Shown here: piece after piece, positions 1 through 9,594 of the stretch
Numbering within the stretch: the first letter of the stretch is position 1
Layout of the letters: each line of letters starts with the position of its first letter
NCBI RefSeq assembly: GCF_000008565.1
Contig: NC_001263.1
Coordinates: forward strand, 1,427,607-1,453,293
Source: Deinococcus radiodurans R1 = ATCC 13939 = DSM 20539
GTDB lineage: Bacteria > Deinococcota > Deinococci > Deinococcales > Deinococcaceae
Reading direction: 5' to 3'
DNA length: 25,687 nucleotides
The notes under the pieces: model-generated
The model's input: the letters and a program-made list of their open reading frames with translations, nothing else
Databases searched by the model: none
What the model was told of the DNA's origin: nothing
Program-made: the position numbers and the translations under genes

Positions 1-657
1 TCGCCCGACGACCGGGGCGCACGCCTGGCGCTGATTGCCGAAGTCAAGCAGGCGAGTCCGAGCGAGGGCGCGATTGCGGCGCTCGACCCGGCACAGGCGG
101 CGCGGGCCTACGCCGAGGGCGGCGCGGCGGCCATCAGTTGCCTGACCGAGCCGCGTCACTTCGGCGGCAGCCCGGAGGCGCTGCGGGCGGTGGTCGCCGC
201 GAGTGAGGTGCCGGTGCTGCGCAAGGATTTCGTCGTTCACCCCGCCATGCTGCGCGAGGCCGCCGAGTGGGGCGCGGGCGCGGCGCTCCTGATGGTCAGC
301 GTCTTGGGCGAGCGGCTGCCCGAGTTTCTGGCGATGACCGAGCACCTCGGTCTCGATGCCCTGGTCGAAGTCCACGACGAACGCGAACTCGATATCGCTC
401 TTGCCGCCGGGCCGCGCATCCTGGGCATCAACAACCGCGACCTGACCACCCTCAAGATTGACCTCGGCGTCAGTCCCCATCTCATGGCGCGTGCCCGCGC
501 GGCTGGCTTCAGCGGGGTGCTGGTGGCGGAAAGCGGCTACCGCGCTCCTGCCGACCTGCGTGAGGTCTACGGCCTTGCCGACGCCGTGCTGGTGGGCACT
601 TCGCTCGCCGGCAGTGGGGACCTCGCCGGGGCGGCGCGGGCGCTGCTGGCCCGCTGA
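1..657 (+). CDS. trpC: indole-3-glycerol phosphate synthase, N-terminus outside window
   Basis: Frame 1 is open from nt 1 (..RLALIAEVKQASPSEGAI..ISCLTEPRHFGGS..VLRKDFVV..) to TGA 655-657, so the M at 190 in the ORF track is internal. IGPS-type motifs are readable: LVEVHDERE, LGINNRDL, ESG. GC3 is high. Confidence 0.85.
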   Translation, partial: SPDDRGARLALIAEVKQASPSEGAIAALDPAQAARAYAEGGAAAISCLTEPRHFGGSPEALRAVVAASEVPVLRKDFVVHPAMLREAAEWGAGAALLMVSVLGERLPEFLAMTEHLGLDALVEVHDERELDIALAAGPRILGINNRDLTTLKIDLGVSPHLMARARAAGFSGVLVAESGYRAPADLREVYGLADAVLVGTSLAGSGDLAGAARALLAR

Positions 658-696
658 GCGGCGCGGCCTGCTCCCCCATCGCCGCTCTCATGAGCA

Positions 697-1506
697 GTGG
701 GGTATCCTCTCCCCTGCATGACTCGACTCGACACCCCCGCGAAGCCCGCGCCCAGCACGCTGCAAAAGCTCTGGAAGGAACTGCTCGAACCCATCTTGTT
801 CGCCGTCGTCATCACGCAGTTCGTGGCGACGCTGGTGGGGGTGGATGGCAACTCCATGCTGCCGGGCCTGCGCAACCGCGAGCGCGTCTTCGTGCCCAAG
901 TACGAAACTTGGCTGCACAAGGCCGGCGTGGGCAACTTCAAACGCGGCGACATCCTGATTTTCAAACCGCCCGCCCAGGCCGCCCAGAAAATCGAAAACC
1001 TCAACCGCTCGTTTCTGGGCCTGTGGAACTACCGGCCCTTCCTGATCAAGCGCCTGATCGGGCTGCCCGGCGACAAGATTCGCATTTCCGGCGGCGAGGT
1101 TTATCTCAACGGCGCCAAGCTCGACGCGAGCTGGACGACCGGCTACTGGCAGCAGCAGGAGTGCTGGGACACGCAAAGCGACCTCGCCACGCAGGCCACC
1201 TCGGGCCGCGCCGGGGTGATGCCCGACCAGCCCGAATTCACCGTGCCCGCCGGCACCTACTTCGTGATGGGCGACAACCGCACGGTCAACGGCTCGGAAG
1301 ACTCGCGCATGTTCGGCCCAGTGCCGCTGCGGGACATCGCGGGCCGCGCCGCCGCCGTCGTGTGGCCGGTCATGCGCAAGAGCAACCTGAAGTACGACTG
1401 CGCCGCCGAAACGGCGGGCGAACTCTCGGGCGAGAACGAGCTGAACTGGCGCGTGCTGAACCGCCCGCCCGGCTTCAGCGCGGTGCCGGCCCCGACGACG
1501 CCCTGA
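697..1506 (+). CDS. lepB: signal peptidase I
   Basis: ORF 697-1506 starts with GTG; ATG at 718 is an alternative start. SPase I boxes are readable: GNSMLPGL (Ser box), [20 protein letters not shown] (Lys box), [13 protein letters not shown]. An N-terminal hydrophobic anchor is present ([17 protein letters not shown]). Confidence 0.85.
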   Translation: MGYPLPCMTRLDTPAKPAPSTLQKLWKELLEPILFAVVITQFVATLVGVDGNSMLPGLRNRERVFVPKYETWLHKAGVGNFKRGDILIFKPPAQAAQKIENLNRSFLGLWNYRPFLIKRLIGLPGDKIRISGGEVYLNGAKLDASWTTGYWQQQECWDTQSDLATQATSGRAGVMPDQPEFTVPAGTYFVMGDNRTVNGSEDSRMFGPVPLRDIAGRAAAVVWPVMRKSNLKYDCAAETAGELSGENELNWRVLNRPPGFSAVPAPTTP

Positions 1507-1540
1507 CCCCAAGCTTTTCTGACCCCGAGCTTTTTTGAGT

Positions 1541-1574
1541 CCGGCTGGCGCTGCGGCGCCGGCTTTTTCTTTGG
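1541..1574 (+). terminator. rho-independent terminator after lepB
   Basis: GGCTGGCGC-TGCG-GCGCCGGC forms an 8-bp stem (one G-U) with a tetraloop, followed by TTTTTCTTTGG (1564-1574). Confidence 0.7.
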
Positions 1575-1717
1575 TCTACCGGCCCGTCTAGATTCGGGCC
1601 GGCGGCACACGCGGCGCGCGGCGGGCCGGGCGGGTACACTGTCTGCCGTTCGTTTATCCATCTTTATCTTTTGCCTGGGGGCCCTTTTATGTGCGCCTAG
1701 GAACCGGAGGACTTGTT

Positions 1718-2899
1718 ATGCCCGAAGCCGTCATCGTCTCCACCGCCCGCACCCCTATCGGCAAGGCCTACCGGGGCTTTCTCAACGACACCCACGGCTC
1801 TGACCTCGGCGCCCACGCGGTCAAGCACGCCATCGAGCGCGCGGGCGTGAACCCCGCCGACATCGAAGACGTGATCATGGGCGCCGGCAACCCCGAAGGC
1901 GCGACCGGCAGCAACATCGCCCGCCAGATTGCGCTGCGCGCCGGGCTGCCGGTTACGGTCAGCGGCGTTACCGTCAACCGCTTTTGCTCCAGCGGCCTGA
2001 ACACCATCGCCCTCGCCGCCAACCATGTGATGGCCGGGCAAGGCGACGTGTTCGTGGCAGGCGGCCTGGAAAGCATCAGCCTCACCCAGAACGAGCACGC
2101 CAACACCTTCCACCTGCGCGGCGAGTGGCTGCTGGAGCACAAGCCCGACATCTACATGAGCATGTTGCAGACCGCCGAGGTCGTCGCCGAGCGCTACGGC
2201 ATCTCGCGCGAGCGTCAGGACGAGTACGGCTACCAGTCGCAGATGCGCACCGCCGCCGCGCAGCAGGCCGGCAAGTTCGACCATGAAATCGTGCCGATGA
2301 CTGCCACCATGAAGGTGCAGGATAAGGCGACCGGCGAAATTTCGACCCAGGAAGTCACCCGTAAGCTCGACGAGGGCAACCGCCCCGACACCACCCTCGA
2401 AGGCCTTGCCAAGCTCAAGCCGGTGTTCGAGGGCGGCGTGATCACCGCCGGCAACGCCTCGCAGCTCTCCGACGGCGCGGCGGCGGTGGTCGTGATGAAC
2501 AGCGACGTGGCCCGTGAACGCGGCCTGCAACCGCTCGGCGTTTTCAAGGGCTTCGCGGTCGCCGGCTGTGAACCCGACGAGATGGGCATCGGCCCGGTGC
2601 TTGCCGTGCCCAAGCTGCTCAAGCGCCACGGCCTGAGCGTGGACGACATCGACCTCTGGGAACTGAACGAAGCCTTCGCCGTGCAGACCCTGTATTGCCG
2701 CGACAAGCTCGGCATCGACCCCGAGAAGTTCAACGTGAACGGCGGCGCCATTTCCATCGGGCACCCTTACGGCATGAGCGGCGCGCGCCTGACCGGGCAC
2801 ATCCTGCTTGAGGGTCAGCGCCGGGGCGCCAAGCACGTCGTCGTGACCATGTGCGTGGGCGGCGGCATGGGCGCGGCGGGCCTGTTCGAAGTGCTCTGA
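1718..2899 (+). CDS. acetyl-CoA C-acetyltransferase (thiolase)
   Basis: The ORF track starts at GTG 1691, but ATG 1718 is preceded by GGAGG (1706-1710). Thiolase signatures: [29 protein letters not shown] (nucleophilic Cys), [29 protein letters not shown]. Confidence 0.9.
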   Translation: MPEAVIVSTARTPIGKAYRGFLNDTHGSDLGAHAVKHAIERAGVNPADIEDVIMGAGNPEGATGSNIARQIALRAGLPVTVSGVTVNRFCSSGLNTIALAANHVMAGQGDVFVAGGLESISLTQNEHANTFHLRGEWLLEHKPDIYMSMLQTAEVVAERYGISRERQDEYGYQSQMRTAAAQQAGKFDHEIVPMTATMKVQDKATGEISTQEVTRKLDEGNRPDTTLEGLAKLKPVFEGGVITAGNASQLSDGAAAVVVMNSDVARERGLQPLGVFKGFAVAGCEPDEMGIGPVLAVPKLLKRHGLSVDDIDLWELNEAFAVQTLYCRDKLGIDPEKFNVNGGAISIGHPYGMSGARLTGHILLEGQRRGAKHVVVTMCVGGGMGAAGLFEVL

Positions 2900-2953
2900 G
2901 CCTTTCGCAGCCTGCGGGGGAGGATGAGGGCAGCGACCCGCTATCCTCCCCCC

Positions 2954-3127
2954 ATGCTTTTGTGGTTCGTCGTCATCTTCATCCTGCTCAGTGCTACGGG
3001 CATCCTGTACCTCACCCTCGGCCCGCTGAAAACGGCGGCGAACGTGAGCACCCTGCGGGCCTTCGCGGCGGTGCAGTACCTCTGCGCGGCGATTCTGGCG
3101 CTGGCGAGGGCATTCGGCAAAGCCTGA
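2954..3127 (+). CDS. small hypothetical membrane protein (~57 aa, two hydrophobic helices)
   Basis: ORF 2924-3127. The inner ATG 2954 lies 6 nt after TATCCT (2942-2947), a leaderless-type arrangement. The product MLLWFVVIFILLSATGILYL...AAVQYLCAAILALARAF has high GC3. No recognisable family. Confidence 0.45.
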   Translation: MLLWFVVIFILLSATGILYLTLGPLKTAANVSTLRAFAAVQYLCAAILALARAFGKA

Positions 3128-3161
3128 CGCTGCCTGGGTACGTCCCATTCAAAGGAGCCTT

Positions 3162-4076
3162 ATGACCGAGGTCCACACCATTGACCTGAACTTTCAGGAC
3201 ACGCCCGGCGTCATCGCGTCCTACGTCTTCGACACCGGCGACGGCCTCGCCGTGGTCGACACCGGGCCGACCTCCACCCTGCCCGCGCTGGAAGAAGGGC
3301 TGCACGCGTTCGGCGCCGAGTTGCGCGACCTGCGCCACCTGCTGCTGACTCACATCCACTTCGACCACGCGGGCGCGGCGGGCACGCTGCTGGAGCGGCT
3401 GCCCAAGGCGAAGGTGTATGTCCACGAGCGCGGCGCCCCCCACCTTGCCCGCCCGGAAAAGCTGGTGGCGAGTGCCACGCAGATTTACGGCGACGAGATG
3501 GACCGGCTATGGGGCGAGATGCGGCCCATCGACCCCGACCGCATGAAGGTGCTGGCGGGCGGCGAGTTCTGGCGCACGGGCGACGCGGAGGTGCGGGCGC
3601 TGTACACGCCGGGGCACGCGGTTCACCACCTCGCCTATCAGGTGGGCGACGACCTGTACGTGGGCGACGTGGGCGGCGTGCGTCTGGCGGCGGCCCAGAC
3701 CTCGCGGGCGCCGACGCCGCCGCCAGACATCGACCTGGAAATCTGGCGCGACAGCGTGGCGACCCTACGCGACCTCGACGCCCGCACTTTGCACCTCGCG
3801 CACTTCGGCAGCTACCCGCATGAGGCGCGGCACTGGGACGGCCTGCTGGAGAAGATGGACCTGGACGCCGGCTGGGTGCGCGACGGTCTGGAAGCGGGGC
3901 GCGGCTTCGAGTCCATCTCGGCGGAAGTCACTGAGCGGCTGCTGGACGAACTCGGGCAAGAAGGCGCCGACCTGCCCGCCCGCTACGAGTTCGCCTGCCC
4001 GCCGTGGATGAGCGTGCAAGGGCTGATGCGTTACTGGACGCGGAAAGCAGCGCGGTCAGGTACACCTGGTTCTTGA
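3162..4076 (+). CDS. MBL-fold metallo-hydrolase
   Basis: AAGGAG at 3152-3157 lies upstream of ATG 3162. The metallo-beta-lactamase HxHxDH motif is present as LLLTHIHFDHAGAAG, with downstream His residues (TPGHAVHH, LAHFG). Confidence 0.85.
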   Translation: MTEVHTIDLNFQDTPGVIASYVFDTGDGLAVVDTGPTSTLPALEEGLHAFGAELRDLRHLLLTHIHFDHAGAAGTLLERLPKAKVYVHERGAPHLARPEKLVASATQIYGDEMDRLWGEMRPIDPDRMKVLAGGEFWRTGDAEVRALYTPGHAVHHLAYQVGDDLYVGDVGGVRLAAAQTSRAPTPPPDIDLEIWRDSVATLRDLDARTLHLAHFGSYPHEARHWDGLLEKMDLDAGWVRDGLEAGRGFESISAEVTERLLDELGQEGADLPARYEFACPPWMSVQGLMRYWTRKAARSGTPGS

Positions 4077-4087
4077 CAGAAAAAGAT

Positions 4088-4274
4088 ACCCTCACCCCTG
4101 CCTGCGGCAGGCCCTCTCTGCGGCGCAGCTCTTCGAGTCCCATCAAGGTAGAGGGTCAAAAACACAAAGCAGTTCTTTTGCCAAATGTCCCAGAGTACTT
4201 GACATCAAGACGTGACGTTGTTGACCCTCTCCCCGTGTGGGAGAGGGTCTTTGCTTCAGCAAAGGGGTGAGGGT
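4088..4274. repeat. 187-bp palindromic small non-coding repeat (MITE-like; resembles the Deinococcus SNR class)
   Basis: Perfect 12-bp terminal inverted repeats: ACCCTCACCCCT (4088-4099) and AGGGGTGAGGGT (4263-4274). There is an internal perfect 10-bp hairpin GACCCTCTCC-ccgtgtg-GGAGAGGGTC (4223-4249). The left arm recurs at 5999-6075. The only ORFs here are low-complexity read-throughs. Confidence 0.8.
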
Positions 4275-4340
4275 GACCCCCGACCAGCTCTTCCCCACCC
4301 AAACGGCCAAGCCGTTTCCCGACCCGTACAATCAACCCCG

Positions 4341-5588
4341 ATGAAAGTTCTGGTCATCGGAAGCGGCGGGCGCGAGCACGCCATCGTGGACGCCTGTGCT
4401 CGCGCGGGTCATGAGGTGCTGTGTACCCCCGGCAATCCCGGCATCGCGGCGCAGGCCCGGCTGCTCGCCTCGCCGCAGGACGCGCCCACCCTGGCGGACC
4501 TGGCAGTCCGTGAAGGCGCAGACGTGGTGATTGTCGGCCCCGAGGCTTACCTCGCAGCGGGCGTGGTGGACGAATGCGAGCGTAGGGGCGTGCCCGCTTT
4601 TGGCCCATCACAAGCAGCGAGCCGACTGGAAGGTGACAAGGCGTGGAGTAAGGCATTTATGGTGCGGCACGGGATTCCCACCGCCCAGCACCGCTCGTTT
4701 GACACTCTGGACGCAGCGCTGAGTCACGCGGCGACCCAGACCCCGCCCATCGTGGTGAAGGACGCGGGCCTCAAGGCGGGCAAGGGCGTGACCATTGCGC
4801 ACAGCGTCGCCGAGGCCGAGGCCGCCCTGCGCGAGATTTTTACCCAGACTGGCGCCCAGGCGGTCATCGAGGATTTCATGACCGGACAGGAAGTCAGCAT
4901 CTTGGCGCTGACCGACGGCAAGCGGTACGCGTTGACACCGCCCTCACAGGACCACAAGACCATCTACGAAGGCGACACCGGCCCGATGACCGGCGGGATG
5001 GGCGTCATCTGCCCCTTTCCGGTGGGCGAGGAGCAACTGAATATTATCCGCCGCGACATCGTGGAAAAGACGCTGGCGGGGATGCGGGCCGAGGGGATTC
5101 CCTTTCGTGGCGTGCTGTACGCGGGCCTGATGCTGACGCCGCAGGGGCCGAAAGTGGTGGAGTTCAACGCCCGTTTTGGTGACCCGGAGGCCGAGGCGGT
5201 GCTGCCACTGCTGGAATCGGACCTTGCGCAGCACGCACTCGACGCGGCGCGGGGCCAGCTCGACCCAGCCCAGGTGCGCTTCCGCGACGGCGCGAGTGCA
5301 GTGGTCATCCTTGCCGCGCCCGGTTACCCTGCCGAGCCGCGCAAGGGCATTGTGCTGGATATTCCCGCCGACTCGCCCGAAGCGAAGGTGTTTCACGCCG
5401 GAACCACCGAGCGGGACGGCCAACTGGTCAGCAGCGGCGGGCGCGTGCTGGCCGTGACTGGCCTGGGCGAAAGCCGCGAGGACGCGCTGAGCCGGGCCTA
5501 CGCGCTGGCCGACTGCATCGGCTTCGTGGGGGCGCAGTTGCGCCGCGATATCGGTTTCCGCATCGGGTTGGGGGGCAAGCCGAACTAA
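4341..5588 (+). CDS. purD: phosphoribosylamine--glycine ligase
   Basis: [16 protein letters not shown] is the typical PurD N-terminus at ATG 4341. The ORF-track start at 4212 reads through the repeat element. An ATP-grasp core is present ([32 protein letters not shown]). TACAAT at 4327-4332 lies 8 nt upstream of the ATG. Confidence 0.93.
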   Translation: MKVLVIGSGGREHAIVDACARAGHEVLCTPGNPGIAAQARLLASPQDAPTLADLAVREGADVVIVGPEAYLAAGVVDECERRGVPAFGPSQAASRLEGDKAWSKAFMVRHGIPTAQHRSFDTLDAALSHAATQTPPIVVKDAGLKAGKGVTIAHSVAEAEAALREIFTQTGAQAVIEDFMTGQEVSILALTDGKRYALTPPSQDHKTIYEGDTGPMTGGMGVICPFPVGEEQLNIIRRDIVEKTLAGMRAEGIPFRGVLYAGLMLTPQGPKVVEFNARFGDPEAEAVLPLLESDLAQHALDAARGQLDPAQVRFRDGASAVVILAAPGYPAEPRKGIVLDIPADSPEAKVFHAGTTERDGQLVSSGGRVLAVTGLGESREDALSRAYALADCIGFVGAQLRRDIGFRIGLGGKPN

Positions 5589-5632
5589 AGGAAACCTCAT
5601 CCCCAGACGGACCCCGCCCGCCACACTGGGGC

Positions 5633-5902
5633 ATGACCAACCGATATGGTGATGAACCCCTGGGCAAGAGCGTGGAACAGGTGCAGCGGGAAAGCGGCAA
5701 CCTCGTCAACTCGCCGGTGGAAGGTGAAGCACGGCGCGAGCAGGAAAACGCCGAAATGCTGGTCGTGCCCGCCGTGCCCAATGCCAACCAGACCGGCACA
5801 CCAGCGGTCGCTGTGAACCCCGGCGCCCTGGTCGAACCCGGCAGCGGGGCCGATGATGGGCGGGCGCAGTCGGTGTCGGACGGCGAAACTGAGAACGCCT
5901 GA
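5633..5902 (+). CDS. hypothetical small acidic protein (89 aa)
   Basis: The ORF has mostly G/C third positions when read codon by codon and is followed by its own terminator (5917-5948). The product is Glu/Asp/Pro/Gly-rich and low complexity, with no recognisable motif. No clear RBS or -10 lies in front of the ATG. Confidence 0.5.
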   Translation: MTNRYGDEPLGKSVEQVQRESGNLVNSPVEGEARREQENAEMLVVPAVPNANQTGTPAVAVNPGALVEPGSGADDGRAQSVSDGETENA

Positions 5903-5916
5903 GCGGCGGGAGGGTG

Positions 5917-5948
5917 AAAAGGCGCGGGGAGTGGGCCGCGCTTTTTTG
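5917..5948 (+). terminator. rho-independent terminator
   Basis: AAAAGGCGCGG-loop-CCGCGCTTTTTTG: a GCGCGG/CCGCGC stem (5922-5927 / 5936-5941) extended by A-T pairs, followed by a T6 run. Confidence 0.7.
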
Positions 5949-5998
5949 CTGTTTTGAATGGGTGGGAAGAGACCTTTCTGCCGTCTGGTCTGAGAGCT

Positions 5999-6075
5999 AC
6001 CTCATCCCTGCCTGCGGCAGACCCTCTCTGCGGCACAGCTCTCCGAGGCCCACCAGTGGCGAGGGTCAAAAACAC
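5999..6075. repeat. truncated (left-arm only) copy of the 4088-4274 repeat
   Basis: ACCTCATCCCTGCCTGCGGCAGACCCTCTCTGCGGCACAGCTC...GAGGGTCAAAAACAC aligns by eye to 4088-4165 at roughly 85% identity with one 1-nt gap. Similarity stops after AAAAACAC. Confidence 0.75.
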
Positions 6076-6119
6076 TTATTTACGTCAATTGCGCTATTTC
6101 CCACGCTGTCCTCCGCCCT

Positions 6120-6226
6120 TATACTGACCCCATGACCCCCCACCGCGCCCGGCCCATGCCATTGCCCCCGCGCCGCTGAAAAGACGCGGGGGAGACGGGC
6201 AGCCTGTGGGGGTTGCCCTTTTTCGT
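6120..6226 (+). promoter_or_regulatory. candidate metG leader/attenuator (leaderless mini-ORF, alternative hairpins, terminator)
   Basis: TATACT (6120-6125) is followed 6 nt later by ATG 6132. The 15-codon ORF MTPHRARPMPLPPRR ends at TGA 6177-6179. Stem CCCCCGCG (6165-6172) / CGCGGGGG (6185-6192) has the stop codon in its loop. A second hairpin GGGCAGCC (6197-6204) / GGTTGCCC (6211-6218) is followed by TTTTT (6219-6223), about 80 nt before the metG start. Confidence 0.3.
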
Positions 6227-6305
6227 GGCCATTTTCGTTTATGCTGACAAGGTTGGTGCGGCCTGCCTCTCATCAGGGTACGCGCCGCACGCAGGAGAGT
6301 GAACC

Positions 6306-8351
<2,046 letters not shown>

Positions 8352-8382
8352 TGGTTGATAGGTAAGAGTTGACGGAGAAGGA

Positions 8383-8408
8383 GCCCTGGCGCGAGCTGGG
8401 GCTTTTTT
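8383..8408 (+). terminator. rho-independent terminator after metG
   Basis: GCCCTGGC-GCGA-GCTGGGGC forms an 8-bp stem (two G-U pairs) with a GNRA-type loop, followed by TTTTTT (8403-8408). Confidence 0.7.
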
Positions 8409-8742
8409 CTATCCACCAGCAACCTTCAGCGGGAGGGCGCTCCACTGCGCCACCATCAGAAAAGCGCTGCTTGCGGCTCCATTGCGTGCCCTCCCATTCC
8501 TTTCCCACTCGCATCCGCTCAGCCTAGAGCAGTTCTCCGAATTACGCGTGCGGCGGAACAACACCGCCATCCGCTCCATTCTCTGCTTCGAAGCTTTGCA
8601 AGTCCGTTCTGCTCCGTGTTTTGCACTCGCTCTCTTCGAGCTGTCCCAGTCCGCTCGCCAAAAAGCTGTGCCATCTTTTTGTCAAATGCTCTAAGGCGAA
8701 ACGGCACCGCCTCAAGCGGAATTCGTCCTCTACACTACCCCC

Positions 8743-9594
8743 ATGCCTTTCGTCATCGTCTCCGGCCTCTCGGGCAGCGGCAAAAGCACGGCGCTGCGGA
8801 CCCTGGAAGACGCGGGGTTTTTCATCACCGACAACCTTCCGCCCGAGCTGTGGAACGCCATGCACGACCTCGTGACGGCGCGGGGCATCGAGAATGTGGC
8901 GGTCAGCACAGACACCCGCACCCGCGAGTTTCTGGCGGCGCTCGAACCGAGTTACGTCCGGCTGTCGCGGCGGCGCGAGGACCTGCGGGTACTGTTTCTG
9001 GAAGCCAATGCCGAGGTATTGCTGGGGCGGTACAACCTCAGCCGCCGCGAGCACCCACTTGGGGAAACGCTGATGGTGGATTTCGCCCGCGAGCGCGAGT
9101 TGCTCGCTCCACTAAGGGGGATTGCCGACACGGTGATCGACACCACGGACCTGAGCGCCGCGCAGCTTTCGCAGCGGGTCATGCACCTGTTCCGCCTTGA
9201 ACACGCCTTCACGCTGCGGCTGCTGAGCTTCGGCTTCAAGCACGCGCCGCCGCGCGACGCCGACCTGGTGCTCGACGTGCGTTCTCTGCCCAATCCGTAT
9301 TACGACGAGACATTGCGGAGCAAGTCGGGCCGGCAGCCGGACGTGGCGGCCTACGTGTTCCGCGACGCCGAGGCCGAGCAGTTCTACGGCGAGTTGCGCC
9401 ACTTCGTGCAGACCGCCGCCGAGCGGGCGCGGGCCAGCGGGCGCCACAGCTACACGGTAGGCATCGGCTGCACGGGCGGTCAGCACCGCAGCGTGGCGGT
9501 GGCCGAGCGGCTGCTGCGCGAGTTGCAGGCCAGCAGCATCGAAACCGAGCTGATGGACCACCGCGACATGCGCGAGGGTGGCGAACCCACGTGA
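8743..9594 (+). CDS. rapZ: RapZ/YvcJ-family P-loop nucleotide-binding RNase adapter protein
   Basis: Walker A is at the N-terminus ([30 protein letters not shown]). The C-terminal family signature [11 protein letters not shown] is present. TACACT (8731-8736) lies 6 nt before the ATG. Confidence 0.9.
   Translation: MPFVIVSGLSGSGKSTALRTLEDAGFFITDNLPPELWNAMHDLVTARGIENVAVSTDTRTREFLAALEPSYVRLSRRREDLRVLFLEANAEVLLGRYNLSRREHPLGETLMVDFARERELLAPLRGIADTVIDTTDLSAAQLSQRVMHLFRLEHAFTLRLLSFGFKHAPPRDADLVLDVRSLPNPYYDETLRSKSGRQPDVAAYVFRDAEAEQFYGELRHFVQTAAERARASGRHSYTVGIGCTGGQHRSVAVAERLLRELQASSIETELMDHRDMREGGEPT

Noticed and set aside
1579-1602. A perfect 8-bp hairpin CCGGCCCG-tctagatt-CGGGCCGG between lepB and the thiolase gene.
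   Set aside because: There is no T-tract on either strand and no second copy in the window. I could not assign a function, and it may be incidental in GC-rich DNA.
1697-3148. A long 483-aa ORF antisense to the thiolase gene. Similar long antisense ORFs occur at 6273-7934 (-), 9480-11057 (-), 11047-12828 (+), 15633-17270 (+) and 22082-24064 (+).
   Set aside because: These are typical shadow ORFs of a high-GC genome. They are Arg/Gly/Ala/His-rich and low complexity, have no motifs, and each lies opposite a gene with clear family signatures.
4212-4340. A 43-aa N-terminal extension of purD in the ORF track.
   Set aside because: It reads through the palindromic repeat element. The canonical PurD N-terminus [14 protein letters not shown] starts at 4341, with a -10 box just upstream.
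6080-6096. TTACGTCAATTGCGCTA, which resembles the 17-bp radiation/desiccation response motif (RDRM). TTATGTGCGCCTAGGAA at 1687-1703 is similar.
   Set aside because: Only the left half-site fits. The right halves have two or more mismatches to the palindromic consensus, and neither downstream gene (metG, thiolase) belongs to the known DdrO regulon as far as I recall.
5914-6135. A 73-aa ORF across the truncated repeat copy (and 4004-4270 across the full copy).
   Set aside because: The similarity between the two peptides (..PACGRPSLR.SS..) simply reflects translation of the DNA repeat. There are no coding signals.
6230-6300. A possible T-box riboswitch upstream of metG (AAGGTTGGTGCGGCC vs the T-box AGGGTGGTACCGCG).
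   Set aside because: The match is poor, it lies downstream rather than upstream of the terminator hairpin, and the leader is too short for stem I plus a specifier loop. The hairpin GTGCGGC/GCCGCAC at 6255-6291 is noted but not interpreted.
8482-8707. Two small ORFs (70 aa on the plus strand, 62 aa on the minus strand) in the metG-rapZ spacer.
   Set aside because: Third-codon positions are roughly half A/T, unlike all credible genes here. There is no RBS and no motifs. The region is treated as non-coding (see finding).
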